A DNA stretch of 63,468 nt, the filler included, from Octopus bimaculoides (lineage: Eukaryota): the NCBI RefSeq assembly GCF_001194135.2. It is 5 parts of 4 records of this genome, joined end to end, with 100 filler letters (N's around TTAATTAATTAA, not from the genome) between each part and the next. Parts side by side here need not be neighbours in the genome. Positions count along the whole stretch, not along the records: positions 24,598 to 30,830 come from NC_068981.1; positions 30,931 to 52,695 come from NC_068981.1; 3 more parts are not named here. The stretch is one strand, 5' to 3'. The position numbers and the translations under genes are program-made. Below the pieces are notes generated by a model. The model saw only the letters and a program-made list of their open reading frames with translations, was not told the origin of the DNA and did not search any database. Shown here in pieces: positions 24,498 through 37,348 of the stretch (its first letter is position 1; every line of letters begins with the position of its first letter).

Positions 24498-25583
24498 NNN
24501 NNNNNNNNNNNNNNNNNNNNNNNNNNNNNNNNNNNNNNNNNTTAATTAATTAANNNNNNNNNNNNNNNNNNNNNNNNNNNNNNNNNNNNNNNNNNNNTAT
24601 ATATATATTTGCACTCACACACCTACGCACATGTATGTTTATGTACATGTATGTATATATACTCCTAAAACTTTCTTGGATCATCGGAGTAATAAATATT
24701 CGCTGTGAACGTCCATTTGATTTATGATTTTTGCTTTGTAATTCTTCATTCGTTATCGATTTGCAATCAAACACACGTAGAAACGCACACACGTACACAC
24801 ACATGTCGAGCTTTGCATATATATATATATGTATAAAGATACATACATATATATATAGGGGTGAGTATATGAGTTTGTGCGTGTATGTGTGTGAGAGCGA
24901 GTGGAGTGTGTGTGTGTGTGTGTGTGTGTGTCTGTGAGTGTGTGTGTGTGTGTATGTGCGTGTGTACCGAGACGATTCTGCTGGAGTGTAGTGTGTAGGG
25001 CGGAAATGTGTGTGTACATTTTAGTTCGGATCAAACAATATTTTTTCATAACATAAACAATAGATGCCCACCCACAGATATGAAGAACGCATACACACAC
25101 ACACACGACACACACGTATATATATTTGCATATACATATACAGACACATGGATACGCCCTCATGTTTATACGTATATGTATATATCTTCCTTCATGTTCG
25201 ATCTTACGTGTGCGTCTCTGTATGCAGGTATTATGTACGTGTGTCTAAGTGATTCTGGACTTCTGACCGGAATCAAACATCTTCGTTTATAGGAATTATA
25301 GGGGCTGTGGGTGAAGTATACGTGTGTATATGTGTGTGTGCTTGTGTATGTGTGTGCGTCGTGTGCGTTGTGTGTATTTCCGTGTGCGTGTCAGTGTGTG
25401 TGAGTGTCTGTTTGTTAGTGGGTTGTGGTGTGCAAGAACCAGAGATGGAAATACAGTAAACTTCCGTGTAGGACGAAAATAGTGATGGATACATAGATAG
25501 TTAGATAAGGAGAGAGAAGTACAGAGTGAGAAAGAGAGAAAGAGAGAGAAAGGGAAAATGAGGGTAAAAGAAGTAAAGTGAGT

Positions 25584-25617
<34 letters not shown>

Positions 25618-27490
25618 GAGAGAGAGAAACTGAGAGAGAAACGATCAGAGAATTCGAAAGAACAAGAAAAAAACGGAAAAACTGTGTTGTAATGACATTC
25701 GCCATATGAATCTGCATGTTCGAGTGCATATATGTGTCTGTGCTTGCTTGTGTGTGCGTGAGTGTGCTTATGAGTGTGTATGTATGGTTGTTTGCGTGTG
25801 TGTATGTGTGTGTGCGTGTGAATGTGCTCATGTGTTTTCTACTTTCAACCAAAGCCACTTCGGTAAGAGTATACAATTCCACATATTATTTTTTTCTTTC
25901 CATCCCTTCAACACTTTGCTTTACTTACGCATATACATTTATACATGCATACATACATACATACACATATACATATATTTATATATATATATATATNNNN
26001 NNNNNNNNNNNNNNNNNNNNNNNNNNNNNNNNNNNNNNNNNNNNNNNNNNNNNNNNNNNNNNNNNNNNNNNNNNNNNNNNNNNNNNNNNNNNNNNNNNNN
26101 NNNNNNNNNNNNNNNNNNNNNNNNNNNNNNNNNNNNNNNNNNNNNNNNNNNNNNNNNNNNNNNNNNNNNNNNNNNNNNNNNNNNNNNNNNNNNNNNNNNN
26201 NNNNNNNNNNNNNNNNNNNNNNNNNNNNNNNNNNNNNNNNNNNNNNNNNNNNNNNNNNNNNNNNNNNNNNNNNNNNNNNNNNNNNNNNNNNNNNNNNNNN
26301 NNNNNNNNNNNNNNNNNNNNNNNNNNNNNNNNNNNNNNNNNNNNNNNNNNNNNNNNNNNNNNNNNNNNNNNNNNNNNNNNNNNNNNNNNNNNNNNNNNNN
26401 NNNNNNNNNNNNNNNNNNNNNNNNNNNNNNNNNNNNNNNNNNNNNNNNNNNNNNNNNNNNNNNNNNNNNNNNNNNNNNNNNNNNNNNNNNNNNNNNNNNN
26501 NNNNNNNNNNNNNNNNNNNNNNNNNNNNNNNNNNNNNNNNNNNNNNNNNNNNNNNNNNNNNNNNNNNNNNNNNNNNNNNNNNNNNNNNNNNNNNNNNNNN
26601 NNNNNNNNNNNNNNNNNNNNNNNNNNNNNNNNNNNNNNNNNNNNNNNNNNNNNNNNNNNNNNNNNNNNNNNNNNNNNNNNNNNNNNNNNNNNNNNNNNNN
26701 NNNNNNNNNNNNNNNNNNNNNNNNNNNNNNNNNNNNNNNNNNNNNNNNNNNNNNNNNNNNNNNNNNNNNNNNNNNNNNNNNNNNNNNNNNNNNNNNNNNN
26801 NNNNNNNNNNNNNNNNNNNNNNNNNNNNNNNNNNNNNNNNNNNNNNNNNNNNNNNNNNNNNNNNNNNNNNNNNNNNNNNNNNNNNNNNNNNNNNNNNNNN
26901 NNNNNNNNNNNNNNNNNNNNNNNNNNNNNNNNNNNNNNNNNNNNNNNNNNNNNNNNNNNNNNNNNNNNNNNNNNNNNNNNNNNNNNNTATATATATATAC
27001 ATGCAACAATACATAAGTGTACTTATATATAGATCTACATATCTGTGTATATGTATATGTATACGTATATATTTATATATTACATATGTTCAAATAATTT
27101 TAAAAATCATTATATAATTATCTTTATATATAATGAACATATGTGAATGTGTCTGTGTATGCATATATTTCTCTTTTATGAGATATATTCGTAAAGTTAA
27201 CTTTCAACTTCTGTGTTGCTATTACATATATAATGTGATGATGTTGGACCAGAAATACCTTTTCAGTTGATCTTTAGTCATATCCTGAATCGCACTATTA
27301 CAGAGATCACAAGTATTCTATGGAAAGACAGTTAGGCGGAATCTTTAGTGATACATATCTCCCTAAAACAGCTTCGAATATATTGTATGATATGCTTTAA
27401 CATAAATATACAATCAAAATAATTATTCACGGGCATTCTTTGTGGCTCTCTACAATATGCAATAATTATTTCTATATTTATGTTTGCATG

Positions 27491-27714
27491 TATGTTCGAG
27501 CGGTGAAGAAATATTTCTGGCTTTAAGGATGTCGAGAAAGTCCTGGCTGGAGACCCACCATCCGAGTCCTTTTTACAGGGCTTAGAAAAACTGAAAGAAG
27601 GGTGCAATAACTGTGTGTATCTGAGAGGGTAATATGTTGAATAAAATCATATTTAACTCATCTTTCTTTCTATATTTTCACCCAAATCCACGAACTGTTC
27701 AGTACCCCATCTTA
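27491..27714 (+). mobile_element. Mariner-derived MITE retaining the transposase C-terminus
   Basis: SESFLQGLEKLKEGCNNCVYLRG*YVE* resembles the mariner F..GI.KL..RW.KC....G.YVEK terminus; decayed TIRs at both ends. Confidence 0.7.
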
Positions 27715-28294
27715 TATACATATGCTTAGGCTTCATCTACTACTTGTTGTATGTGAAATGCACTGTGTATTCGTGGATATATGGTTGGTATTCCCTTGTA
27801 CAAATACAAGTGCGCATACACAAACGCATAGAAACAAACATACACACACATATATGCACACGCCCTCGCACACACTCAAATATATGAAAAGTTCTGGATC
27901 AAAGAGGAATGAGGGAAGAAATCCATAAGCAATTTACAGGATTTATGTATTCCCGTATATCATTTGTTTTTGGATTCAGGATTTAATATATCCGAGATAT
28001 GCATGGATTATTAAAAAAAGGGATATTTTTGATAAAACATTAAATCTTAAAATAAATATACCTACATATGAATACATACAAACACACATACACACACACT
28101 CATTTATGTATGTATTTATATATATATATTTTTTATGTATATATTTCTATTTACATATTTATTATACGTTTATGTATATTGTATATATAATATATACATA
28201 TATATGCATATATTTATATATATATATGTATACACACACACGCACACACACACATGCACACATATATATAATATAGATTATCTCTTTTTTCATT

Positions 28295-28660
28295 CAGTAG
28301 ACTGAAGCCATATTGAGGTACTACTTTGTAGGATCGACCCTGTATATTTTATTTATTTATTTATTTGTTCATTCATTTATAAAGTTTTTGAATCCTGGTA
28401 CTTCTTATATCGGATTATTTTTCCGAATCTCTTATTTACGGGGTCATAAACAAGCCCATACCGGTTTCCAAGCGGTGGCGTGGGGGGGGGCACACACAGA
28501 CTAAAAGCACACACTAACATGCATCTACATATACACACACTCACTGACCCACATACACACTCACACACGACGGGTTTCTCCCAATGTCTGCCAAATCCGT
28601 TTGCAGTGCCACGCAGAGGGTCTGAACCTAGAACCATGTAGTTGGGAGGCAAGCTTCTTA
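28295..28660 (-). mobile_element. SINE family A, diverged
   Basis: Reverse complement of the A head and tail, partly decayed. Confidence 0.7.
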
Positions 28661-29299
28661 GAACAACATATATGTATATATGTGTGTGTATCTATATGCG
28701 TATATGTATATACATACCTTTATATATATATANNNNNNNNNNNNNNNNNNNNNNNNNNNNNNNNNNNNNNNNNNNNNNNNNNNNNNNNNNNNNNNNNNNN
28801 NNNNNNNNNNNNNNNNNNNNNNNNNNNNNNNNNNNNNNNNNNNNNNNNNNNNNNNNNNNNNNNNNNNNNNNNNNNNNNNNNNNNNNNNNNNNNNNNNNNN
28901 NNNNNNNNNNNNNNNNNNNNNNNNNNNNNNNNNNNNNNNNNNNNNNNNNNNNNNNNNNNNNNNNNNNNNNNNNNNNNNNNNNNNNNNNNNNNNNNNNNNN
29001 NNNNNNNNNNNNNNNNNNNNNNNNNNNNNNNNNNNNNNNNNNNNNNNNNNNNNNNNNNNNNNNNNNNNNNNNNNNNNNNNNNNNNNNNNNNNNNNNNNNN
29101 NNNNNNNNNNNNNNNNNNNNNNNNNNNNNNNNNNNNNNNNNNNNNNNNNNNNNNNNNNNNNNNNNNNNNNNNNNNNNNNNNNNNNNNNNNNNNNNNNNNN
29201 NNNNNNNNNNNNNNNNNNNNNNNNNNNNNNNNNNNNNNNNNNNNNNNNNNNNNNNNNNNNNNNNNNNNNNNNNNNNNNNNNNNNNNNNNNNNNNNNNNN

Positions 29300-29337
<38 letters not shown>

Positions 29338-30989
29338 TAGAAATCTTAAAAACATTTCCATAGCATTTTGAGCGACGCCAATAGCGTTATGAGTTTCTTT
29401 TTAATTGTTTATTAATACAAGTCCCTTCGTTAGGATTACATATCTCATCTTTTAAGCATATCCATAAATATCCCTTTGGTCCTTGTTGCATTAATTCTTA
29501 TGTATTTTACATCTTCAATGCGTATCGCGAACAAAAATTCAGACAAAGGACACTCGTAACACGGCAACTATACAAGTAGAGTACAATTGTAGACAAGAAT
29601 GTATGCCCATTTGCTACAGAACACCAGAGAAAAATAAAGTGTGTACACTGTTGATTAAAAACTCCAGACCATACATAAAAATGGTACGTAGCGTTGATTG
29701 AGAGTACATTTGAAGCATAACATTCGTAGAACATCCCTTACTTCAGTGCAAATATTGGAACGTTTGATCGCTTTGGAAATACATTTCGTTCAAAGTGAAA
29801 CATAATAATATAACTCAATGATAAATGTGTTATTTTTGCAAACGTCATAGCGGAAAGCATTCACGGTGGTTACAGTCAACCGAGTAAGATAGAAAAAGCA
29901 CAAGAATGAATATACCCGGCCACCCCTTGCCAGTAAAGAGTCAATCGTATAAACATATTCCAGTAACAGATTTGGAACAGCAAGCTGGTTGATTACAAGT
30001 GGCTTTTGCTGCAGCAAAGAAGATTGACATTTAAAAATTACACTGTACACACATACATAAATACGTACACATACATACACATACATTCAAATACATATAT
30101 ATGTGTGTATATGTATATGTATACGCATATGTATATATTTGTAGATGTATGTAAATGTATATGCGTATACGTATACATATATAGGTCTATACATACATAC
30201 ATTTATATATATATATATATATATTATAATTTTCCAGAGGATGTAGCAACCGTTACCAATATAGCATAAGAACTTACCTTAGGGGATCGTTAACTAGATT
30301 CCTTAAGGGTCGTTCTCACAGTTTATATTTATATTATAAGCTTTTAAACTTTTAAATTTTCATATTAAAAAAAGACAGAGACTTCAAACTCGATATATCG
30401 ATTTATTCACCACTCTATGTTAACATTTCTGTGCCAAACTTATACAGTAACTGGTTCATTGGATTTTGATATTTGGCACTTCTTCAAGAGTGGTTACCAT
30501 CGGAACAAAACACGAAAAAACACATACATAACGAACATTAAAGTATTAAAATCCCGTTAGATTTCATCTTTCTGTTATTATAGGGGAGATAACTCCTTAA
30601 TTTTCTATTTTTATTGCTCTCCTGTGAATTTCCACTAGATTAATTAATTTGTTTATTTTGTTTTACTATACTATATTACCCGTTCCTTTACCCCTATACA
30701 TATGCATACATACACATACATACACACATATACATACATATATATATACAAATACAACACACATACATATACATACACATATATATATACATGTACATAT
30801 ACATACATATATATATACAAATACAACACANNNNNNNNNNNNNNNNNNNNNNNNNNNNNNNNNNNNNNNNNNNNTTAATTAATTAANNNNNNNNNNNNNN
30901 NNNNNNNNNNNNNNNNNNNNNNNNNNNNNNAGGTAGATTCGTTTGTAGTTTTCGTCACTATTTACAATTATCTTAAAAATATCTTTTTA

Positions 30990-31372
30990 GGCGCAGGAGT
31001 GTCTGTGTGGTAAGTAGCTTGCTTACCAACCACATGGTTCCGGGTTCAGTCCCACTGCGTGGCATCTTGGGTAAGTGTCTTCTACTATAGCCTCGGGCCG
31101 ACCAAAGCCTTGTGAGTGGATTTGGTAGACGGAAACTGGAAGAAGCCCGTCGTATATATGTATATATATATGTGTGTGTGTTTGTCCCCCTAGCATTGCT
31201 TGACAACCGATGCTGGTGTGTTTATGTCCCCGTCACTTAGTGGTTCGGCAAAAAAGACCGATAGAATAAGTACTGGGCTTACAAAGAGTAAGTCCTGGGG
31301 TTGATTTGCTCGACTAAAAGGTGGTGCTCCAGCATGTCCGCAGTCAAATGACTGAAACAAGTAAAAGAGTAT
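30990..31372 (+). mobile_element. SINE family A
   Basis: Full head-to-tail match to the other A copies. Confidence 0.9.
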
Positions 31373-31535
31373 CATATAGATGTAATTTGACGCTGAATCC
31401 GAGTTTGATAATTTTCAGAATTTTCAGCCAGTCAGAAAGCAGCGCGTTCGGTGCCTCTTCCATCATCGGGAGTGGATGGGCATCGGCATGTCAAAACATT
31501 AAACTAGCTATAGCAAACTAAAACTGAAAAACATG

Positions 31536-31840
31536 AAAACATTCGCGAGCAAATTAAATATTTAAAAGCTACGAACAAACCAATAGGAGTTGCTAGAAAT
31601 AACAGTCAAAACATTAAAATATACACGAGCAACGTTAACATTAAAACATTCGTGAGCAAATTAAATATTCAGAAGCTACGAACAAACCAGCAAGAGTTGC
31701 TAGAAATTACAGTCAAAACATTAAAATATACAGGAGCAAAGTAAACAGTGAAAACAGTGAAAAACATTCGTGAGCAAATCAAATATTTAAAAGCTACGAG
31801 CAAACCAACAGGAGTTGCTGGAAATGACAATCAAAACATT
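31536..31840. repeat. Tandem repeat of a ~107 bp unit (about 2.8 copies)
   Basis: aaaacattcg.gagcaaat.aaatatt...aagctacga.caaacca..a.gagttgct.gaaat.aca.tcaaaacatt starts at 31536, 31643 and 31761. Confidence 0.9.
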
Positions 31841-32209
31841 GCTTAAAACACACATTTATTAGTTTTAAAAAATTCAAGAACAGAAGTTTGCAATAGACTA
31901 TAGGATTTTATAAAATAAATTATCTTTCTCATATCTCCTTCTCCACTTAAATTCACTGAGATAAGAGTCAACCATGGAACATTGTGTCCCACACTGGCGT
32001 TTGTTTCCACACCTTAAAGATGCCCAGTTATTTTTGATTTGTTGATTACACTCAATTTGGTGGTTACACTCCTTGTACGCAAACGCAGCATCTTTGGTTA
32101 CTATGAAAGCAGAGTTCTTAGCCACGTTGATGTGTAAAACACTCACTTCTGATTGGCTAAAATACCCAAAATTTGCAAATTGTAAAGGCTATTTAACTGT
32201 GTAACTGTT

Positions 32210-32588
32210 TAACTTGTTTCAGTCATTTGACTGTAGCCATGCTGGAGTACCGCCTTTAGTCGAGCAAATCGACCCTAGGACTTATTTTTTGTAAGCATAG
32301 TACTTATTCTATCGGTCTGTTTTGCCGAACCGCTAAGTTACGGGGACGTAAACACACCGGCATCGGTTGTCAAGCGATGTTGGGGGGACAAACATACACA
32401 CACACATATACATATATATACATATGTACGACGGGCTTCTTTCAGTTTCCGCCTATCAAATCCACTCACAAAGCTTTGGCCGGCCCGAGGTTATAGTAGA
32501 AGACACCTGCCCAAGGTACCGCGCAGTGGGACTGAACCCGGAACCATGTGGTTGGTAAGCAAGCTACTTACCACACAGCCACTCCTGC
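32210..32588 (-). mobile_element. SINE family A
   Basis: Reverse complement full-length copy. Confidence 0.9.
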
Positions 32589-33348
32589 TAATAACTTTTT
32601 ACTTATGGATTTATAGGGAAAATGAATTTCATTTTCATAATTAGTATACTAAACTTAATCCATATATCTAATTTGAAAGCAATTGGAACAAAATTGTAAG
32701 CAGTAACGAAAGCCACAAAGATCCTCGACCCCCACCACTATTTATTATTTTTTGAAGCCTGATATTCTGCCGTTCTATTTTTCCGAATCGCTAATTACGG
32801 AGAACGTAAACACAGTAACACCGGTTGTCAAGCTGTGGTGGGGAAGAAACAAAGAAGTAAAAGCATACATATGCACACACACGTTTATAATTAATAATTT
32901 ATTAGCATGCGCGACACGTCTACCAGCAGGTTTGGGTCTCGGTAGCTGGTTCCTCATGGAAATCCTACCTCCTCTGCACAGTGAATTTGAACATAACATC
33001 GGAGGTTAGGCTAAACTGCAAAGCCCGAGTCACGGATCTAGTCGGTTTGGCTGCCAGCATCAATTCTGCTCGAATTGATTTCATATTCAGTGTAATGATA
33101 CTCTTTTATTGGCTAATGAATGAATGATGTGAAAATCATTTTCACTACAAATCAATCAATAAAGAGTTATTAGCAATTAAAATTTGAAAATGTTGGTAAT
33201 TTCAGCCAATCGTAAGCCGCAGAAACATTCATGCCTGTTTCCATAGTAACAAGCAGAACATAAAGAAATATTTTGTCTGTGAGAAAGCACGTGTTGACAA
33301 ATACATTGAAACCATTTGTTTTCCCTATCTGATGATAAGTGAGCATGT

Positions 33349-33760
33349 GAATTTATGTAGCGCAGGAGATATGAAAATTGTGATTTGTTCGAGAAATCGA
33401 TTGAATGCATTTTAAACTTTCGTTTTCAATGAACTGGTCAACAAAAATGTTTTTTTTTTTTAATATTTAATTTGTAATATTCTATTTTGTTTTTAGATAA
33501 ATCTTTAATGTTCGTGCTATCGTATTAAATGCATGTGTTGTTTACTCTTTCTTTTTTTGTTGTTAACCCGAAAGATGGTACCCACACTCAACAAGTGGAG
33601 AGGATGTGGGCCTCTGGGAAGCGAGGTAATAAACATTGCTGTGGCACTCACCGTTCTGTGGTAAATTCATATCTCTGAGAATTTATGAGACGCAGGAGAT
33701 ATAAAAATTGTGATTTGATTGAAAAATTGATTGAATGTATTTGTAATTTTCGTTTTTAAT
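33349..33760. repeat. Diverged ~80 bp direct repeat pair, 330 bp apart, inside a probable DNA-transposon relic
   Basis: gaatttatg...cgcaggagatat.aaaattgtgatttg....ga.aaat.gattgaatg.att at ~33349 and ~33679. Confidence 0.7.
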
Positions 33761-34554
33761 TTTAAAAGTATTTTGCAATGTGTTGCCTATTGCATGCTTA
33801 AATCTTTGTTTTTTGAGCATCTTTTGTTCACTCTTTTATTTTCATATATAACATATAAATATATACATCTTTTAGAACATTGTAATTTTATAAGATTTTG
33901 CTGGCAAATTTTTAAATTAACGTAAACATTTATTTACATGAAAGAAAATTACCGGAGGGCTTTCATCTAATTCTTCCAAATCTCTCTGTTAAAACTGTAT
34001 TGAGACCATTTGTTACGAAAAATTGTAATGTGTTTATCGCATATAACGTGTTGTTCATCGCATTTGCAATGCATATTGAATGCTTAAAACTACTTTTTTA
34101 CTAGTTTCTTTTTGTCATTGAGGTGGTTCTGAGGTGTGCAAAAAATGACAGTAAATGTTCTTTTGATAAATCTGTTAAATTCATACTATCGCATTAAATG
34201 CTTCAAACTACAAAACACGGGTTGTTTACAAATATTTACAACACGTGCTATTTTCAGGATGTTGACGACAAAATGTGCTGCCATGCACAAAATGGCAGCT
34301 TCCAAATCCTGTTTCTTGACTGGGTGAAAATGATCAAACTTTAAACCTTCTATAACGTTTTAAAGACACGTTTCTAGAAAAAGGAAATAACTCCAGCAAT
34401 TCAGCTTGGGAAACTATATTATTGTGCCAAATTTTAAAATATTTGATAAACTTTAATTTTTGAAATTTGCTGCCTTCCTTAATTAAGGGTTGGTAAATTT
34501 GTCAAACATCGGAAAATACTGGGCTATTATAGAGCTTGCTTGATATCTTGCTAA

Positions 34555-36905
34555 TGATTCAAATATTAAGTTCAGTAGTAACCCTCGTCTAAAAACAATT
34601 CTGAGTCCAACAACATCAAGAAATCTAAAGATAACCTTAACCATCATCTTAAGTTAATCTAAGTATTAACCCTTACTTTAACAATATTTCTAAACCTAAA
34701 ACTGAACCTTATTCTCTAAAACTCAATTTAGTTATAAACCTGATCTTAAAAGTATAACTAAAACTAATATTAAGTCTAACATTGCCATAACTATAACAAA
34801 GAGCTAGTATAAAGATCAAATGTATCTGTAATTTTTGACCTATCTCTAAACATAAACCTGAACTTGAAAGTAAAAGTATACATAAGCGACTACCTAATAC
34901 TTACCATTAAACCCCTCTCTATCACAAAGCTTACGCTAATCCTGAATCAAAATCTTCAATTAAAATTGTCTCTAATTTCATCCATAAAGTTTAACATAAA
35001 AATTAGCTCACTATCCTTTAGCTCAGCCCGTTCTATAACTCTGAGCATAAAATGAACCTGAATATTGTGCTTAATCCCAATACGAATTCTAAAACTAAAC
35101 CTTGAACATTAACACAGACCATGAATTCAATTAAACCGAAAACCTAAGACTGGTCATAACCCAAATAACATATATAAACATTAACTAATTATCAAACCAG
35201 CTAATTCAGCGCAGGACGAAACTTCAGCCTTAATACTAATCACCCCACCCCATACATAAATACAAATGTGACACAAAACCTAAAATTAACTCAAATTCTA
35301 ACCTCTATCTTAACCCTCATCTTGAAACCGAACTTCGCTCAAGAACTAAAAAAAGTATCTAGCCATACACATAACACTAACTATGTTTAAATCTAAAATA
35401 AACTACAGCCTAACACTGACATTGAAACTATAACCAAACTTAACCCATTAAACCTTAAGCTAAATCTAAATTTAGCTTTCAAGTCGAGGCTAAAACCTAA
35501 TATTTATAATGAACATGATCCTAAAATTCATACTATTATAAACTTGATCCTAAAATTAATGAAACAAAAACGCTATATCTAAGTTTAAACCAATAACTAC
35601 TCTGAAGCAAACACTAAATTAGACATAATTTTAACGACATTGCTTGATTTAATTTAAAAGTTAGCGATAACCTTAGCATAACCTTAACCATATAGTATTA
35701 GTAACTATAAGGCAAGTCGTAAATTTAAAACTTGTGTTAATTTAATGCTAATCTTGAAACAAGTCATAGTCTAAAATTAACACTAAAGATAAAAATTAAT
35801 CGTAAGACTAATGAATCTAATATTAAAGCTAAAGTAAGCATATACACTAAGCTTAAACATACTCACAACGCTAAACTAAACACCATTCTATTCCTATACT
35901 AACACAAATCTAATACAGTCAGAGCTCAAACACGTAACATCAACACTAGTTTTTCGCATTGCAATCACTACATCTAACCATAAATCTAATAAATATTAAA
36001 ACTAAACACCAGTTATCCTTAGCCCTGACTGTAAGCCTAAACCGTACTCTAGCACTATCTCTAGCGGTCAAGCTAAATTTAACCATAAACCTAACCAAAA
36101 TTACCGAAGATTAATTCTATCCCTATTATTAAAATTCAAGTGAAGTGTGAAAAAGAGAAACCAAAGAAAATCTTAAATAACATTAGCCATACATCAAAGA
36201 TAACTTTATGAGCAATCTTACTCCTAATCAATCCCTAATTTTAACACAGATTAAAACCTAACATTAAACGTAATAAAGACTCACCATAACCCTAAAACTA
36301 GAGCTAAAACTAAATCTAACATTAGCCATAGTTCTAAATCTCAAGTTAATCCTAACTTTAAAACTAATTCCAAGATTAAACATAGAGTTGATCTTAGTTT
36401 AACCATAAAGCTGAACTTAACATAATCCAAAACACTAACCTTAAGCTTAACTCAAGCTTTAAATCCTAATTCTAAATCTAACTTGGCGTAAATGATATAA
36501 TTTAAAATATTAACCAAAATCCTAACATGATGTATATCTAGGGTCATACTAAGTATAGCCCTAGATATATATTTCCTGAGTTTAAACCAAAAATATTCCG
36601 AAGCATAAACCTATTTCCTACCCCGAATATAAAACTTACCTGAACAACAAAGCCAGCTTTATCTCGAAGACGAATAGTGATGAAACTATAACCCTAACCC
36701 TATCATTAATGCTAAACTAAACTCTGTAACTCTAGTCCTTATAACCCTACCACAACCTAGTCATTAAACCTAAGCTGTAGCCAATATGTAATCAACTTAC
36801 CATGACATTAATCCTCAACTTATATTTACACCTAATCGAAGTCGTAATCGAAATCTTACCACTAAACCTAATGAACCCTAACTGGCCCTAAATCTTGCAA
36901 TTACC
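34555..36905. repeat. Long degenerate telomere-like hexamer array (TAACCC-type consensus)
   Basis: G-poor + strand with a 6 nt register, e.g. 36287-36340 taaccc taaaac tagagc taaaac taaatc taacat tagcca tagttc taaatc; scattered exact TAACCC/CCCTAA. Confidence 0.75.
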
Positions 36906-37309
36906 CGTTGCACTACCTCTTCACCGAATTTTTAATCAAAACCCCATTCGCTAACTCTGTAACTTTGAATTGCTTTCGCTACTTTAATGTCACAAAGCCA
37001 AACATTGTATGTCTTTCGTTCTCTCGTCATTATAACTTGTTCTCACGCTTCCAAAATTTACACGAAACAATAGTTAAGTTAGTTAACTTATTTAGTGCAA
37101 TGAACTTCAAAAGTCTAATCAATCAGATGGCGTCTCTGAGTAATTAACCTCAGTCAATTATTTCATACACTAAACAGTTGAATTTTTTATACCATGAACT
37201 GTGTAGCACCCTGGAGACTTCTTGCTTAATTTCCCCCATGGGTATTAATCCACACAAATTCAATGCATACATACATAATAAATACATATATACATACATA
37301 CACACACAT

Positions 37310-37348
<39 letters not shown>

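Noticed and set aside
24498-24597. TTAATTAATTAA islands inside N-runs (also 30875, 52740, 62140)
   Set aside because: The identical N44-12mer-N44 layout of exactly 100 bp, with stops in all frames, marks a scaffolding linker rather than biology. The same 12-mer at 1152-1163 has no flanking Ns and was kept as genomic.
31536-31840. CRISPR-like appearance of regularly spaced repeats (also 4340-4530)
   Set aside because: Whole units repeat with no unique spacers, there are no cas genes, and the context is eukaryotic.
32880-33060. GC-rich patch with short ORFs on both strands
   Set aside because: No recognisable domain or consistent splice signals; probably the end of the adjacent transposon relic.
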